DNA of 64,000 nucleotides, taken from assembly GCA_965237955.1 (NCBI GenBank), contig OZ250169.1:1760001-1824000 (forward strand), in the 5' to 3' direction. A program made the translations under genes and the position numbers. The number at the start of each line of letters is the position of its first letter. Position 1 is the stretch's first letter. Below the pieces are notes generated by a model, which ran no database searches, was not told the origin of the DNA, and saw nothing but the letters and a program-made list of their open reading frames with translations. This DNA is from Candidatus Marinacidobacterales bacterium. Its GTDB lineage: Bacteria; Acidobacteriota; Vicinamibacteria; Marinacidobacterales; SMYC01. Positions 30,672 through 40,725 of this stretch are shown here, in pieces.

Positions 30672-30777
30672 GCCATCTGCCGTCAGCCGTCAGCCAGAAA
30701 AGCGCTTTGCCGAACGCCCGAAGGCCGACTCAAGACTCGGCACGGCGTTCAGCTGCTGATGGCCGATGGCCGATGGC
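30672..30777. repeat. Intergenic element with inverted (GCCRTCH)n heptamer arms
   Basis: gccatctgccgtcagccgtcagc ... gctgatggccgatggccgatggc. Confidence 0.8.
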
Positions 30778-30815
30778 GGATCAATCCCCATGTAGCTACG
30801 CTCTCATAATAGACG

Positions 30816-30948
30816 CTAGTCCCCTGTATCAGAACAAACTAGATAAAGCAGAGCTTGCCGGAACCCTTCTAAGTGCATGAATCTTATGAATATTATGGGC
30901 TGGCGAAAAGCCTAACTTTGTATAGTAATCAAAGATCCAGGGGACTAG
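30816..30948 (+). mobile_element. 133-bp IS630-type MITE, copy 3
   Basis: 4 substitutions relative to each other copy; CTAG ends. Confidence 0.95.
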
Positions 30949-31563
30949 CTCACGCAGATCGTCTACCCAAAAGTCGGGCTCGAGCGCGACCGTTTCCTGT
31001 CGGATGCCGTAGGTCACGAGACAACAGCGGACGCCGGCGCTTCTCGCCGTTTCGAGATCAATGGCGGAATCGCCCACGAATAGAGTTTCGTGCGTCCCCG
31101 CGCCGGCTTCGTCGAGCAGACAGCGTACCCCCGTGGGATCGGGTTTCTTGTGCTCGAACGAGTCCCCGCCGTAGACCTGAGCGAAGTGCCGGCGGAGCCC
31201 GAGCCCTTCGAGAATCATGATGCTTTCGAGCCGGGGTTTGTTGGTCAGGATCGTGAGGGTGCATCCACGAACGTCGAGCTTCTCGAGCGCAGGGACCACT
31301 CCAGGGTAAGCTCTGGTGTTGTCGAGAAGACGGCGCCGGTAGATCGGCAGATAGATTTCGTGAGCGCGTTCGACGACCTCACGCGCGGAGCCGGGAAGCG
31401 CTCGTTCGAGGAGCTTCTTAACCCCGTTCCCGATATAGCTTTCGATCTCGTCCAGTGGGAGCGGCGCGAGCTCGAATTGGTCGCGCATCTCGTTCACCGC
31501 GTGAGCAATATCTTCCGCCGAGTCGACGAGGGTGCCATCGAGGTCGAAGATGACGAGTTTCAC
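30829..31563 (-). CDS. HAD phosphatase (phosphoglycolate phosphatase-like) with MITE-derived C-terminus
   Basis: IFDLDGTLVDS, TNKP, KKPDP, VGDS. Confidence 0.88.
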   Translation of the reverse strand: MKLVIFDLDGTLVDSAEDIAHAVNEMRDQFELAPLPLDEIESYIGNGVKKLLERALPGSAREVVERAHEIYLPIYRRRLLDNTRAYPGVVPALEKLDVRGCTLTILTNKPRLESIMILEGLGLRRHFAQVYGGDSFEHKKPDPTGVRCLLDEAGAGTHETLFVGDSAIDLETARSAGVRCCLVTYGIRQETVALEPDFWVDDLRELVPWIFDYYTKLGFSPAHNIHKIHALRRVPASSALSSLF

Positions 31564-31633
31564 GCCGGCATTCTACTGCCCGTTGGTCCTCATCGTCGGC
31601 TGAGATATAATTGGGTGGGGTCAGGTACGGTTC

Positions 31634-32080
31634 ATGTTGGAGCTCTCTCGCAAGAGTGACTACGCGCTGCGCGCCGTCATCTATCTCGCCCGGCTCTCCG
31701 ACGATCGCTTTGGACGCGTCAGCGAGATCGCCAAGGCGAAGGACATCCCCCAGGCGTTCTTGGCGCAGATTCTTCCTCTGTTGGCGAATCACGGCTTCAT
31801 CAAATCGCAACAAGGTGCTCATGGTGGCTATGCGCTCGCGCGATCGCCGGAAGCGATCTCGTTTCTCAATATCATCGAGTCCATCGAAGGCCCGCTACGT
31901 CTCAACAAGTGTGTCGAGGGGCACCACGACGATTGCACCATCCTCGACAACTGCGAGATGCAACACGTGTGGAATCAGGCTCAAACCCAGATGGTGGATT
32001 TTCTCCGCAGCGTCACCATGGCCGATATGCTGGAAGCTCCCCATCAGCAGCAAGGGCCGGTCACGATAAAAACGATCTGA
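31634..32080 (+). CDS. Rrf2-family transcriptional regulator with three Cys (Fe-S sensing type)
   Basis: SDYALRA, GAHGGYAL, C-x7-C-x5-C. Confidence 0.9.
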   Translation: MLELSRKSDYALRAVIYLARLSDDRFGRVSEIAKAKDIPQAFLAQILPLLANHGFIKSQQGAHGGYALARSPEAISFLNIIESIEGPLRLNKCVEGHHDDCTILDNCEMQHVWNQAQTQMVDFLRSVTMADMLEAPHQQQGPVTIKTI

Positions 32081-32150
32081 AGGGAATTTACAATTCCAAT
32101 TCTCAATTTCCAATGTCCAAGTCGAGCCGTACTCGGATGTTGGGGATTCT

Positions 32151-32606
32151 TTAGCCGCCCGCTTCGTACTCTTCAGCGGTGTGCATGTCGAAAGGCCCAT
32201 GTGCCTCGTTCGGGACGAAACCTCGAAGCTCGGCATGACATCGATAGCACACGGTGACGTCGCTCAAGCGGTGATAGAGCGTATAGTCGGCGATGGACGC
32301 GAGCATGAGGACGGCCAACGCGGCTGGAAAATGCCATAGCGCGTAGGCGATCGACGACAAGACCACCGTCGCCGTCACCGCGGCGCAACCGAGCTGCTGT
32401 GGGAAATCCTTCCGCCGGTAGAGATGAAGATTGTCGCACTGCGGGCAGCGGTCGATAGGGCCACCTTCGACGAGGGCTGGGCTCAAGTGCACTTCATCGC
32501 GATGTCCGCAATGCTCGCACCGGCCCGCGCTTTCGGAAGGGGGAAGTGTGTACAGGTTATAGAGCGAGCAGCTGCCGCAAAAATACCCGACCGAGCAATC
32601 GTTCAT
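32151..32606 (-). CDS. Hypothetical multi-CxxC membrane protein
   Basis: CGSC, CEHC, CPQC, CYRC and two TM helices; ATGA overlap with the upstream gene. Confidence 0.75.
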   Translation of the reverse strand: MNDCSVGYFCGSCSLYNLYTLPPSESAGRCEHCGHRDEVHLSPALVEGGPIDRCPQCDNLHLYRRKDFPQQLGCAAVTATVVLSSIAYALWHFPAALAVLMLASIADYTLYHRLSDVTVCYRCHAELRGFVPNEAHGPFDMHTAEEYEAGG

Positions 32607-33382
32607 AGAGGATAGCCGGTCCTGACGAGCAGAAATTGCGAAACCAGCTCGCCGAAGAGCACGAGAATCAGGGCGACGTAGAGGAGACCGGTCGCGGATT
32701 GCGTCGAGCGCATTTTCACGGTTTGCCAGATCAGCCCCGATAGCAAGAGCGGTGCTGCGAGTCCCATGAGACTTCGGAACAAAAAAAAGAGTCCGTTCGT
32801 CGAGAAAATGAAATCCGCCGCTCGGCTCACGTGCAGCACTTCCCATCCACCGTAACCGAGGACGGACAGAACCGCCGCCCAGCGAAGCACGACCGCGATG
32901 GAAAACCAAAGAGCCCCGTCGCGGAGCGGGGCAATGGAGAGGCTCGTGTCAACGAGGTACCAGTGCCCGAGAATCATCGTGACCGTGACCGTGCCGAGAA
33001 GGAGCGAAGAGCTCATGGCACCGGCCACCGCAAGCCCCTCGCCGCTCTCGCCGCTGTTGCCGCTATTGGATGACAAAAGCGCCGCGAGGATGGGTGCGCC
33101 CACCGACGCGAGGGCGGCGAGCCCCGCGGCGAGCTTCCCACTGCCAGCTCCTTTGCGAAGTGCGATGTGCCAGACTCCGCTAGCCACGGCCAAGCCGAAC
33201 CACACCCACCGAATCGACCCGGCATCGAGAAATCCCGCGAGCGCGGCCGCCCCTGCGGCGGACGCGGTACAAAACAGGAGAAAAGCTCCCGGGAGCTGGT
33301 TGGAGAATGCAAGGGCGGCGGTAACGAAGAGCCCACCCGCTGCGAGATGGCTCGCAAAATGGGCGGTTACACGCCAAAGCAT
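32603..33382 (-). CDS. Hypothetical polytopic membrane protein
   Basis: About 8 hydrophobic segments; MILGHWYL and STQSATGLLY motifs. Confidence 0.75.
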   Translation of the reverse strand: MLWRVTAHFASHLAAGGLFVTAALAFSNQLPGAFLLFCTASAAGAAALAGFLDAGSIRWVWFGLAVASGVWHIALRKGAGSGKLAAGLAALASVGAPILAALLSSNSGNSGESGEGLAVAGAMSSSLLLGTVTVTMILGHWYLVDTSLSIAPLRDGALWFSIAVVLRWAAVLSVLGYGGWEVLHVSRAADFIFSTNGLFFLFRSLMGLAAPLLLSGLIWQTVKMRSTQSATGLLYVALILVLFGELVSQFLLVRTGYPL

Positions 33383-33407
33383 GTTGTGTACAGCACCCGC
33401 GTTCGCG

Positions 33408-33716
33408 CTAGGGCTTGGTTGAACCTAGTTGCCCAAGCTTGTACTGGATCCAGTAGCGGAGGTCGGGGGTCAAATCCGAGATCCGCATGCCGTCTTCGAC
33501 GGCGGTTTGGCATCCGCGGGTCCGAGTCGGCAGCAAACTGTCGGCTTTCGCCACGCTCATCTCGCAGTTGCCGCACTCGTTGCTCCAACAAAATCTTCCC
33601 AGGACCGGGACTTCGTCCCTAACTATATATTGGATGCGCGCGAGGAGCACTTCGCCTTTAGGGACGGCGAAAGTCGCGCCTTCGATCTCGATGTGAACGA
33701 GATCGAAGGCGCTCAA
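33408..33716 (-). CDS. 2Fe-2S ferredoxin-like protein
   Basis: CWSNECGNC...C pattern; TTG start. Confidence 0.7.
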   Translation of the reverse strand: MSAFDLVHIEIEGATFAVPKGEVLLARIQYIVRDEVPVLGRFCWSNECGNCEMSVAKADSLLPTRTRGCQTAVEDGMRISDLTPDLRYWIQYKLGQLGSTKP

Positions 33717-33767
33717 GCGAGTGTTACTGGGAGTTTGGCCTGCCGTCGGCGAGGCAGGCCGCGTTCG

Positions 33768-34091
33768 TCAGACCTGGAACGACTCACCGCAGCCGCAGCT
33801 GCCGGTGGAGTTCGGATTGCTGAAACGAAAACCCGAGCCCATGATGTCTTCCACGTAGTCGATCTCGGTGCCATCAAGATAGAGGAAGCTTCTAGAATCG
33901 ATGAAGAGCTTGACGCCCTCTTGTTCGAAAACCTCGTCGCCCTCGGACGCGCTGTCATCGAGCGCGAGCTGGTATTGGAAACCGGAGCAGCCGCCGCCGA
34001 CGACGCGGACACGCAGTCCAGCGTCGGGACGTCCGTTCTGCTGCAAGAACTCTTGCACCTTCGTGGCGGCCAGAGACGTGATCTTGAGCAT
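33768..34091 (-). CDS. erpA: A-type Fe-S carrier (ErpA/IscA, HesB family)
   Basis: GGGCSGFQY, NPNSTGSCGCGESF. Confidence 0.9.
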   Translation of the reverse strand: MLKITSLAATKVQEFLQQNGRPDAGLRVRVVGGGCSGFQYQLALDDSASEGDEVFEQEGVKLFIDSRSFLYLDGTEIDYVEDIMGSGFRFSNPNSTGSCGCGESFQV

Positions 34092-34159
34092 GCGTTGTTC
34101 TCCTAAGTCCTTTAGCTGAGCGTGATTCGGGAAATCTAACCGAAACGCTCAGACATCCT

Positions 34160-34189
34160 AGTATAGACAGGCGCCAAAATCCGTGTCAA
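34160..34189 (-). promoter_or_regulatory. sigma70 promoter for the erpA operon
   Basis: Minus strand TTGACA-N18-TATACT. Confidence 0.6.
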
Positions 34190-34278
34190 GCGGTTAGTTT
34201 CGGCCTCACTTTCAATGGTGCTGCGTGCGTTTGACAACACCGCTCACGCTTTCCTACCATGAACGGTTCTCGATTGTT

Positions 34279-35112
34279 ATGCCCGCTGAGAGTAGTCAAG
34301 GTCTCTACGACCTACATGCGCACACGACCGCGTCGGAGGGGACGCTCTCGCCTGCCGAGCTCGTACGGATGGCGAGCGAGCTTGGGTTGCGCGCCCTTGC
34401 GGTGACCGACCACGATACCGTCGAAGGCGTTCCCGAGGCGATTGCACAAGCCGATGCGCTCGGCATCGAGCTCGTTCCCGGGGTCGAGATCAGCGCGAAC
34501 TTCGGGGACGTTCCTGTTCATGTCCTCGGGCTGTTCGTAGAGTATCGGGAACCTCGGCTCGTCGAGTTTTTCGCCCAAGCGGGCAAACGACGCGTAGACC
34601 GAGTGCACCAGATGGTGGAAAAGCTCGCGAAGCTCGGGATCGACATCGAGCCCGAATGGGTTTTCGCGCGCTCGAGCCACGGCACAATAGGACGACCTCA
34701 CGTCGCCGAAGTGCTCATCGAGCGAGGCGTCGTCGCGAGCTTGACGGAAGCGTTCACTCGCTATCTCGGCGAGGACGGTCCTGCGTACGTGGGCTACGAA
34801 AAAGTATCGCTCGAGGACGCGATCGCTCTCATCCAGCGAGCGGGAGGTTTGGCTTCTCTTGCGCATCCGTACGTGCTCGATGACGATGGACTCATTGCCG
34901 ACATGGCGGCGAGCGGGCTGCCAGCGCTCGAGGTCTACCACCGGGATCACTCGCCCGAAAAGATCGCAGACTACGAAGCGCTTGCCGAGGAGCTCGGCCT
35001 ACTGGCAACGGGAGGGTCGGACTTCCATCGACCGAACGGGGACGACCGAGAGCTCGGCTGCGCTCAGCTTACCGAAGAAGCGTTCGAGCGACTCCGCGCC
35101 GCGGCAAAATGA
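34279..35112 (+). CDS. PHP-domain phosphoesterase (YciV/TrpH-like)
   Basis: DLHAHT, TDHDT, GRPH, AHP, GGSDFH. Confidence 0.9.
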   Translation: MPAESSQGLYDLHAHTTASEGTLSPAELVRMASELGLRALAVTDHDTVEGVPEAIAQADALGIELVPGVEISANFGDVPVHVLGLFVEYREPRLVEFFAQAGKRRVDRVHQMVEKLAKLGIDIEPEWVFARSSHGTIGRPHVAEVLIERGVVASLTEAFTRYLGEDGPAYVGYEKVSLEDAIALIQRAGGLASLAHPYVLDDDGLIADMAASGLPALEVYHRDHSPEKIADYEALAEELGLLATGGSDFHRPNGDDRELGCAQLTEEAFERLRAAAK

Positions 35113-35411
35113 CGCAGCATCGGGTCGCATCCACGGGTGACGTCCCGGAGGGTTCCGGCATCGCCGTCGATATCGGTGACCGACGCATCGCGATTTTTCG
35201 CTACCGCGACGAGTTCTTTGCCCTCGACGAAACCTGCCCGCACCGAGGTGCTCCACTACACGAAGGGAGCATCACCAACGGCATCCTGATGTGCCCCTGG
35301 CACCAGTGGCGCTTCGAGCTCGCAAGCGGTTGCTCTCCAGTGAATCCGTTGTCGCGGGTAAACCGCTATCCAGTTCGCGTCGTTGACGATGCGATCTGGA
35401 TATCGGTTTAG
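35109..35411 (+). CDS. Rieske 2Fe-2S ferredoxin
   Basis: CPH...CPWH. Confidence 0.9.
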   Translation: MTQHRVASTGDVPEGSGIAVDIGDRRIAIFRYRDEFFALDETCPHRGAPLHEGSITNGILMCPWHQWRFELASGCSPVNPLSRVNRYPVRVVDDAIWISV

Positions 35412-35458
35412 CTACACCTACCGGCACGGCTTGATGTGGACGGAATGCCGTATACCGT

Positions 35459-36742
35459 CTAATCGAATGCCGCTTTCAAACTCTGGCGGGCGCCGGCCAG
35501 AGTGCGGTCGAGATCATCGGGCTCGTGGGCGAGGGAGACGAAGAGGGCTTCGAACTGAGAGGGCGGCAAGTGGACGCCGCTTTCGAGCATCGAGCGAAAA
35601 AAGCGGGCGTGACGTTTCGTGTCCGAGCGGGTCGCGCTCTCGAAATCGGTGACCGGGCCTTCGGTGAAGAACAGCGTCAGCATCGAGCCCACCCGATTCA
35701 CCGTCAGCGGCAAGCTCAGCTCCGAGAGGATACCCTCGAGCCCGACCTCGAGATGATGGGAGCGTGTTTCGAGTCGATCCCACGCGTTGGCTTCTTCCAA
35801 TGCTTCGAGTTGGGCGAGCCCGGCGCTCATCGCTAACGGGTTTCCCGACAACGTGCCGGCCTGGTAAACAGGACCCGCCGGCGCGATCTGCTCCATGAGA
35901 TCACGTCGGCCTCCATAGGCGCCGACCGGGAGGCCGCCGCCAATCACTTTGCCGAGCGTGGTCAGGTCCGGGTTTACACCGTAGAGCTCTTGCGCGCCCC
36001 CACGGCTCACTCGAAACCCCGTCATGACTTCGTCGAAGATCAGGAGCGCGCCGTGCTGCTCGCTCACCTGCCGTAGACCTTCGAGGAATCCTTCGGCCGG
36101 CGGCACGACCCCCATGTTGCCTGCCACGGGCTCCACGATGACACAGGCGATGGTCTCGGGCGAGGCTTCGAACGCGCGGCGAACGGAGTCGAGATCGTTG
36201 AAGCGAGCGAGCGACGTCAACGCGGCGAGTGATGCCGGGACTCCGGGGCTGTCGGGAACGCCCATCGTCAACGCGCCCGATCCGGCCTGAATCAGGAAAG
36301 AATCGCCGTGTCCGTGATAACACCCTTTGAACTTGAGGATTCCATCCCGGCCGGTTGCGGCGCGTGCCAGGCGAATCGCAGAAAGCGTCGCCTCGGTTCC
36401 CGAGTTGACCATGCGCACCATGTCGACGGACGGCACGAGGGAGGTGAGCTTCTTGGCCATCTCCACCTCGAGCGCCGTGGGCGTACCGAAGGCCGTGCCC
36501 TTCTTGGCCGCGTCCTCGAGCGCGTCGACGACGCGTGGATGAGCGTGTCCAAGAATCAGCGGACCATAGGCGCCGATGTAGTCGATGTACTCACGACCGT
36601 CTTCGTCGGTGATGCGGCAACCACGCGCGCCCGTGATGAACCGCGGAGCCATGTCGATGCCGCGGAAGGCGCGGACGGGCGAGTTGACGCCGCCGGGCAA
36701 GTAGCGCTTCGCCTCTTCGTAGAGCTGTTCGCTTCGACTCAT
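35459..36742 (-). CDS. hemL: Glutamate-1-semialdehyde 2,1-aminomutase
   Basis: [36 protein letters not shown]. Confidence 0.97.
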   Translation of the reverse strand: MSRSEQLYEEAKRYLPGGVNSPVRAFRGIDMAPRFITGARGCRITDEDGREYIDYIGAYGPLILGHAHPRVVDALEDAAKKGTAFGTPTALEVEMAKKLTSLVPSVDMVRMVNSGTEATLSAIRLARAATGRDGILKFKGCYHGHGDSFLIQAGSGALTMGVPDSPGVPASLAALTSLARFNDLDSVRRAFEASPETIACVIVEPVAGNMGVVPPAEGFLEGLRQVSEQHGALLIFDEVMTGFRVSRGGAQELYGVNPDLTTLGKVIGGGLPVGAYGGRRDLMEQIAPAGPVYQAGTLSGNPLAMSAGLAQLEALEEANAWDRLETRSHHLEVGLEGILSELSLPLTVNRVGSMLTLFFTEGPVTDFESATRSDTKRHARFFRSMLESGVHLPPSQFEALFVSLAHEPDDLDRTLAGARQSLKAAFD

Positions 36743-36765
36743 TGTGCTTATCGGCCTTGGGGGGC

Positions 36766-37542
36766 TCAGGCGAGCTCCCGAGAAAAATGCTGCCGAATGG
36801 CTTCGACCAACCCTTCGGTGGTGTAGCGTTCGGCTTCGATGACGGGCTCGACGTTCTCCTCGCGGAGCGCGTCGCTGGTGATCGGACCAATGCTTGCGGG
36901 AGCGACGTGAGCGCGCAGGTTGTCGTCCGCCGAAGCAAAAAAACTGCGCACCGTGGAGCCCGACGTGAACGTGACCGCGTCCACCGAGCCGTCGCGGACC
37001 AAGGCGGTGGCGCGCTCGATGTCTTCGCTCGAGGCAACGGTCCGGTACGCGGCGACGTCGTCGACGTCACAACCGGCGTCGCGCAAGAGGTTCGGCAACG
37101 CCTCCCGGGCGATGTCGGCCCGAGGGAGGAGAATCTTCTTACCCGATAAGTCGGTGTGCCGCGACAGCGCTTCGAACACTTCTTCGGCCACGAAACGTTC
37201 CGGAACCACGGTAGCCTCGACGCCCCGCTCAGACAGCGCGTCCGCGGTCGCGGGGCCGATGGCGGCGAATGCGGAGCCCAACGTTGAGTGACGCGTAGAC
37301 GCGATGCGATCGAAAAAAGCTTCGACCCCGTTGACACTGGTGAAAACGATCCAATCGTAGTCATCCGCGTGCGCGAGGGCGGCATCGAGGGCTGCCCAGT
37401 CGGCCGGAGGCTCGATACGGATAGCGGGAGCGACGACGACGTCGGCACCGAGTGCGGCGAGAGCGTTCTTCAGAGATTCGGCCTGGTGGCGGGGACGGGT
37501 GACGACGATGCGGCGTCCGCTCAGAGGCCTTTGTTCCGTCAC
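36766..37542 (-). CDS. hemD: Uroporphyrinogen-III synthase
   Basis: [24 protein letters not shown]. Confidence 0.92.
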   Translation of the reverse strand: MTEQRPLSGRRIVVTRPRHQAESLKNALAALGADVVVAPAIRIEPPADWAALDAALAHADDYDWIVFTSVNGVEAFFDRIASTRHSTLGSAFAAIGPATADALSERGVEATVVPERFVAEEVFEALSRHTDLSGKKILLPRADIAREALPNLLRDAGCDVDDVAAYRTVASSEDIERATALVRDGSVDAVTFTSGSTVRSFFASADDNLRAHVAPASIGPITSDALREENVEPVIEAERYTTEGLVEAIRQHFSRELA

Positions 37543-38456
37543 CGATCGTCACCCGGTCGCGCCACCTCGCGCATGATCTCGGCGGCTCCCATCTCTAGCA
37601 TCTCCTCGGCGAGCGCGAGCCCCAATGCTTCCGGCACGTCTCCCATCGCCTCACGCCTCAAGTGGCGCGCGCCGTCGACGGAGCCCACGTACCCGCGGAG
37701 CCGTAGCCGGTCGCCGTCCGTGTAGGCATAAGCCCCCATGGGAACTTGACACCCACCTTCGAGGCGTCCGAGAAAAGCACGCTCGCAAGCGACCGACCGC
37801 TGGCTGTCGACGTGATTCAACCGCGCGACAACCGCGAGAACATCTCGATCGTCGGTGCGGGTCTCGATGGCGAGAGCGCCCTGTCCTACCGCGGGGATCA
37901 TGTCTTCGATGGGGATCAGGGCGCCAATGCGCTCGACCAGGCCGAGTCGAACCAGCCCGGCTGCGGCGAGCACGATCGCGTCCCACGACGAGGCGTCGAA
38001 TTTGCCGAGGCGGGTCAAAACGTTACCGCGCAAATCCTCGACGTTCATGTCGGGGCGAGTGGCAAGAAGCTGCGAGCGCCGCCGCAAGCTCCCGGTGGCG
38101 AGCCGCGCCCCTCGGGGTAGCGAGGCGATGGAGTCGGCGCTCCGGCTGACGAGGGCGTCGCGCGCGTCCAAACGCTCGAGCGTTGCGGCGAGAGTCAGCC
38201 CGTCGGGCACGACCGAGGGAACGTCTTTCATGCTGTGGACGGCGATGTCGATACGCTCGTCGAGCAAAGCGGATTCGATCTCTTTGGTGAATAAACCTGA
38301 GGGTCCCACTTGGCTCAGAGGCCGGTCGGTGACCCGATCACCGTGGGTCTCGATGATCACGAGCTCGCTCTCGCCCTCGAGTGCTTGCATCGTCGAGCGC
38401 GCTTGGATGAGCGCCAGGTCGCTCCCGCGACTTCCGACGCGGATGGCGCGCGTCAT
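37539..38456 (-). CDS. hemC: Hydroxymethylbilane synthase
   Basis: GSRGSDLAL, FTKEIE, HSMKDVP, LEGGCQVP. Confidence 0.96.
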   Translation of the reverse strand: MTRAIRVGSRGSDLALIQARSTMQALEGESELVIIETHGDRVTDRPLSQVGPSGLFTKEIESALLDERIDIAVHSMKDVPSVVPDGLTLAATLERLDARDALVSRSADSIASLPRGARLATGSLRRRSQLLATRPDMNVEDLRGNVLTRLGKFDASSWDAIVLAAAGLVRLGLVERIGALIPIEDMIPAVGQGALAIETRTDDRDVLAVVARLNHVDSQRSVACERAFLGRLEGGCQVPMGAYAYTDGDRLRLRGYVGSVDGARHLRREAMGDVPEALGLALAEEMLEMGAAEIMREVARPGDDR

Positions 38457-38469
38457 TATGTTCTCAGTG

Positions 38470-39771
38470 TCATCGAGACTTCTTTTGGTTCGACGCGTCC
38501 GGTCGCTCGAGGTCGAACGCTTCGTAGAGCGTGTCGATGCGAAGAGCGTCGAATTCTCCCGCGTCACTCTCAGTCTCAGTCCAATCACGAACGTGGCCCA
38601 TGAGCGGATGGAGGATCTTGTTGACCAAACTTTCCGTCAACAGATCCAATTGCTCGCGATCTTCTCGGCAGAATCGTTTTCGATGGCGGGAGAGCTCTAG
38701 AGCCCGGATCTTCTCGACCCGCTCCCGAATCTTCTTGATGAGCGGGGTCGCCGCGAGTGAGTTGCGCCAGGTGACGAAGCTCTCGAGCTCGTGCTCGACG
38801 ATGGACTCGACCTTGGGAATCTCGGTACGTCGCTTTTCCAAACTGCGATCGACGAGCACGTTCATGTCGTCGATGTCGTGCAGGAACACGTCCTCCATCT
38901 CACCGATGCTGCCCTCGAAATCCCGGGGCACGGCGATGTCGATGACATAGATCGGTCGGCCGCCCCGCCGGCTCAAAATGGGCGCCATCATCTCGCGGCT
39001 GACGATAGGGGCGGTCGCGGCGGTGGAGCTGATTACGATATCGGCCGATGCGAGCGCCTCTTCGAGTCGATGGAGCGGCATGGCGCGACCACCGAGCTCT
39101 CGGGCCAACTCCTCGGCCTTTGCGAACGTGCGGTTCGCGATCACGAGCGACGTGACCCCTCGTTCGATCATGTGCCGCGCGGTGAGCGTACCCATCTCCC
39201 CGACCCCGATCAGAAGCACAGTGCGGGAAGAGAGGTCCTCGAAGATTTTGCCGGCGAGCTCGGACGCGGCACTGGCGATCGAGACCGCTCCCGCGCCGAT
39301 TTTGGTCTCGTTTCTGGCGCGCCGTCCCACTGCGACCGCCGATTGGAGGATGCGGTTCAAAACGATCCCACAGGCGCGGCTTTCGAGGGAAAGCTCATGG
39401 GCCCGCCGCACTTGACCCAAGATCTGAGCTTCTCCGAGAACGAGCGAGTCCAATCCCGCTGCGACGCGCAACAAGTGTCGTACGGATTCGTTCCGGGTAA
39501 GCGTGTACGCATAGCCGGGGTGAGCGTCGAAGTCGATGTTCTTCCGGTGCGCAATCAACTTGCGGATGTACATCTCCGCCGCGCCGTTATCCGTCGATAG
39601 TCCATAGAACTCGGTCCGGTTGCACGTGGACAACAGAATCGCTTCCGCGAGCGTGGGCTCTTCGCGCGCGCGTTTGAGCACATCGAGGATCTCGTCTTCC
39701 GAAAAAGCGACCTTCTCGCGCACCTCGACCGGTGCGGTGCGGTGGTTCATACCGACGACGATGAGATCCAT
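38470..39771 (-). CDS. hemA: Glutamyl-tRNA reductase
   Basis: HRTAPVEVRE, STCNRTE, GLDSLVLGEAQILGQV, DIAVPRD. Confidence 0.96.
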   Translation of the reverse strand: MDLIVVGMNHRTAPVEVREKVAFSEDEILDVLKRAREEPTLAEAILLSTCNRTEFYGLSTDNGAAEMYIRKLIAHRKNIDFDAHPGYAYTLTRNESVRHLLRVAAGLDSLVLGEAQILGQVRRAHELSLESRACGIVLNRILQSAVAVGRRARNETKIGAGAVSIASAASELAGKIFEDLSSRTVLLIGVGEMGTLTARHMIERGVTSLVIANRTFAKAEELARELGGRAMPLHRLEEALASADIVISSTAATAPIVSREMMAPILSRRGGRPIYVIDIAVPRDFEGSIGEMEDVFLHDIDDMNVLVDRSLEKRRTEIPKVESIVEHELESFVTWRNSLAATPLIKKIRERVEKIRALELSRHRKRFCREDREQLDLLTESLVNKILHPLMGHVRDWTETESDAGEFDALRIDTLYEAFDLERPDASNQKKSR

Positions 39772-39773
39772 AC

Positions 39774-40628
39774 TCACACGAACGCGTGAAAGCGCGTGAA
39801 CACCAGGTTCACGAACACCAGAGAAAAGAGGATGACGGCAAAGCCGGCGATCGACGTGAACGCGACGCGTTTCGCCGACCAACCCCAGAATCGAGTCGCG
39901 CCGACGCAAAGACCGTAGATCAACCACGCGATGAAGGTGATCATGAGCTTCGGATCCCAGCTCCAATAGGTTCCATAGACCTTCACCAGGAGTACCAACC
40001 CACCGACCATGGCGACGCTCAGGAAAACGAGGCCGAGGATTGCCGAGCGGTAGGTGAAGTTCGCCATCACTTCGAGAGACGGCAACTGTTTGTAAATGAG
40101 GCCGAAGCGGTGCTGCTTGATGTCGTAAAAGAGCATCAAGTAGAGAACGCCGTACATTGCCGAGATCGCCATTCCCGAGTATCCGAGAAGCGCCGTCGAC
40201 ACGTGTAGCATGAACGCCGGCTCCCACAGGAGCGCGCTGAAGCTCTCGGGTTCCTGCACGAAAGCCGACGAAATGATCTGGAAAAGGAACACGATGCCGA
40301 TGATGAAAAAGCCGGTCGTCGAGACGCCGATGCGGGACTCGATGAGCAGGTACAGGGCGATCACGGAAAAGGCGAGAACCGAGCACGCCTCGAATACGGT
40401 GGCGGCGGGGAAGTGATGGTACACAACCGTCCTGAGGACCAGGTAGAAGGCGTGTGTCAAGACCGCGAACCGGAGGAGGTGTTTTGCGGTCTTCTCCGCG
40501 AACGGGTCGTTTCGGAAGAACAGGAGCGCATAGTCAGCCCACAAAAGCGCATAGAGGGTCGGCAGAACGATATTGAGAGCTCGGATGGCGCTTTCCATGA
40601 CCTCGGGCCGCATCGCTTCAAGCGGCAC
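39774..40628 (-). CDS. CcsA/HemX-like cytochrome c assembly membrane protein
   Basis: About 8 TM helices, WSWDPK motif, directly upstream of hemA; start may be 40598. Confidence 0.8.
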   Translation of the reverse strand: MPLEAMRPEVMESAIRALNIVLPTLYALLWADYALLFFRNDPFAEKTAKHLLRFAVLTHAFYLVLRTVVYHHFPAATVFEACSVLAFSVIALYLLIESRIGVSTTGFFIIGIVFLFQIISSAFVQEPESFSALLWEPAFMLHVSTALLGYSGMAISAMYGVLYLMLFYDIKQHRFGLIYKQLPSLEVMANFTYRSAILGLVFLSVAMVGGLVLLVKVYGTYWSWDPKLMITFIAWLIYGLCVGATRFWGWSAKRVAFTSIAGFAVILFSLVFVNLVFTRFHAFV

Positions 40629-40725
40629 TATAGCAATCCTTGTCGATTGTTGTCGCGTGCGCGGGCGGGGATGCTAGTATCACGGGCACGTTTTCGTAGA
40701 TCCCGGAAAAGTTAGGAGAACTGCC

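Noticed and set aside
39772-40386. 638-aa ORF suggesting an N-terminally extended HemA fusion
   Set aside because: The extension is an alternate frame overlapping the CcsA-like gene; HemA homology starts at 39771
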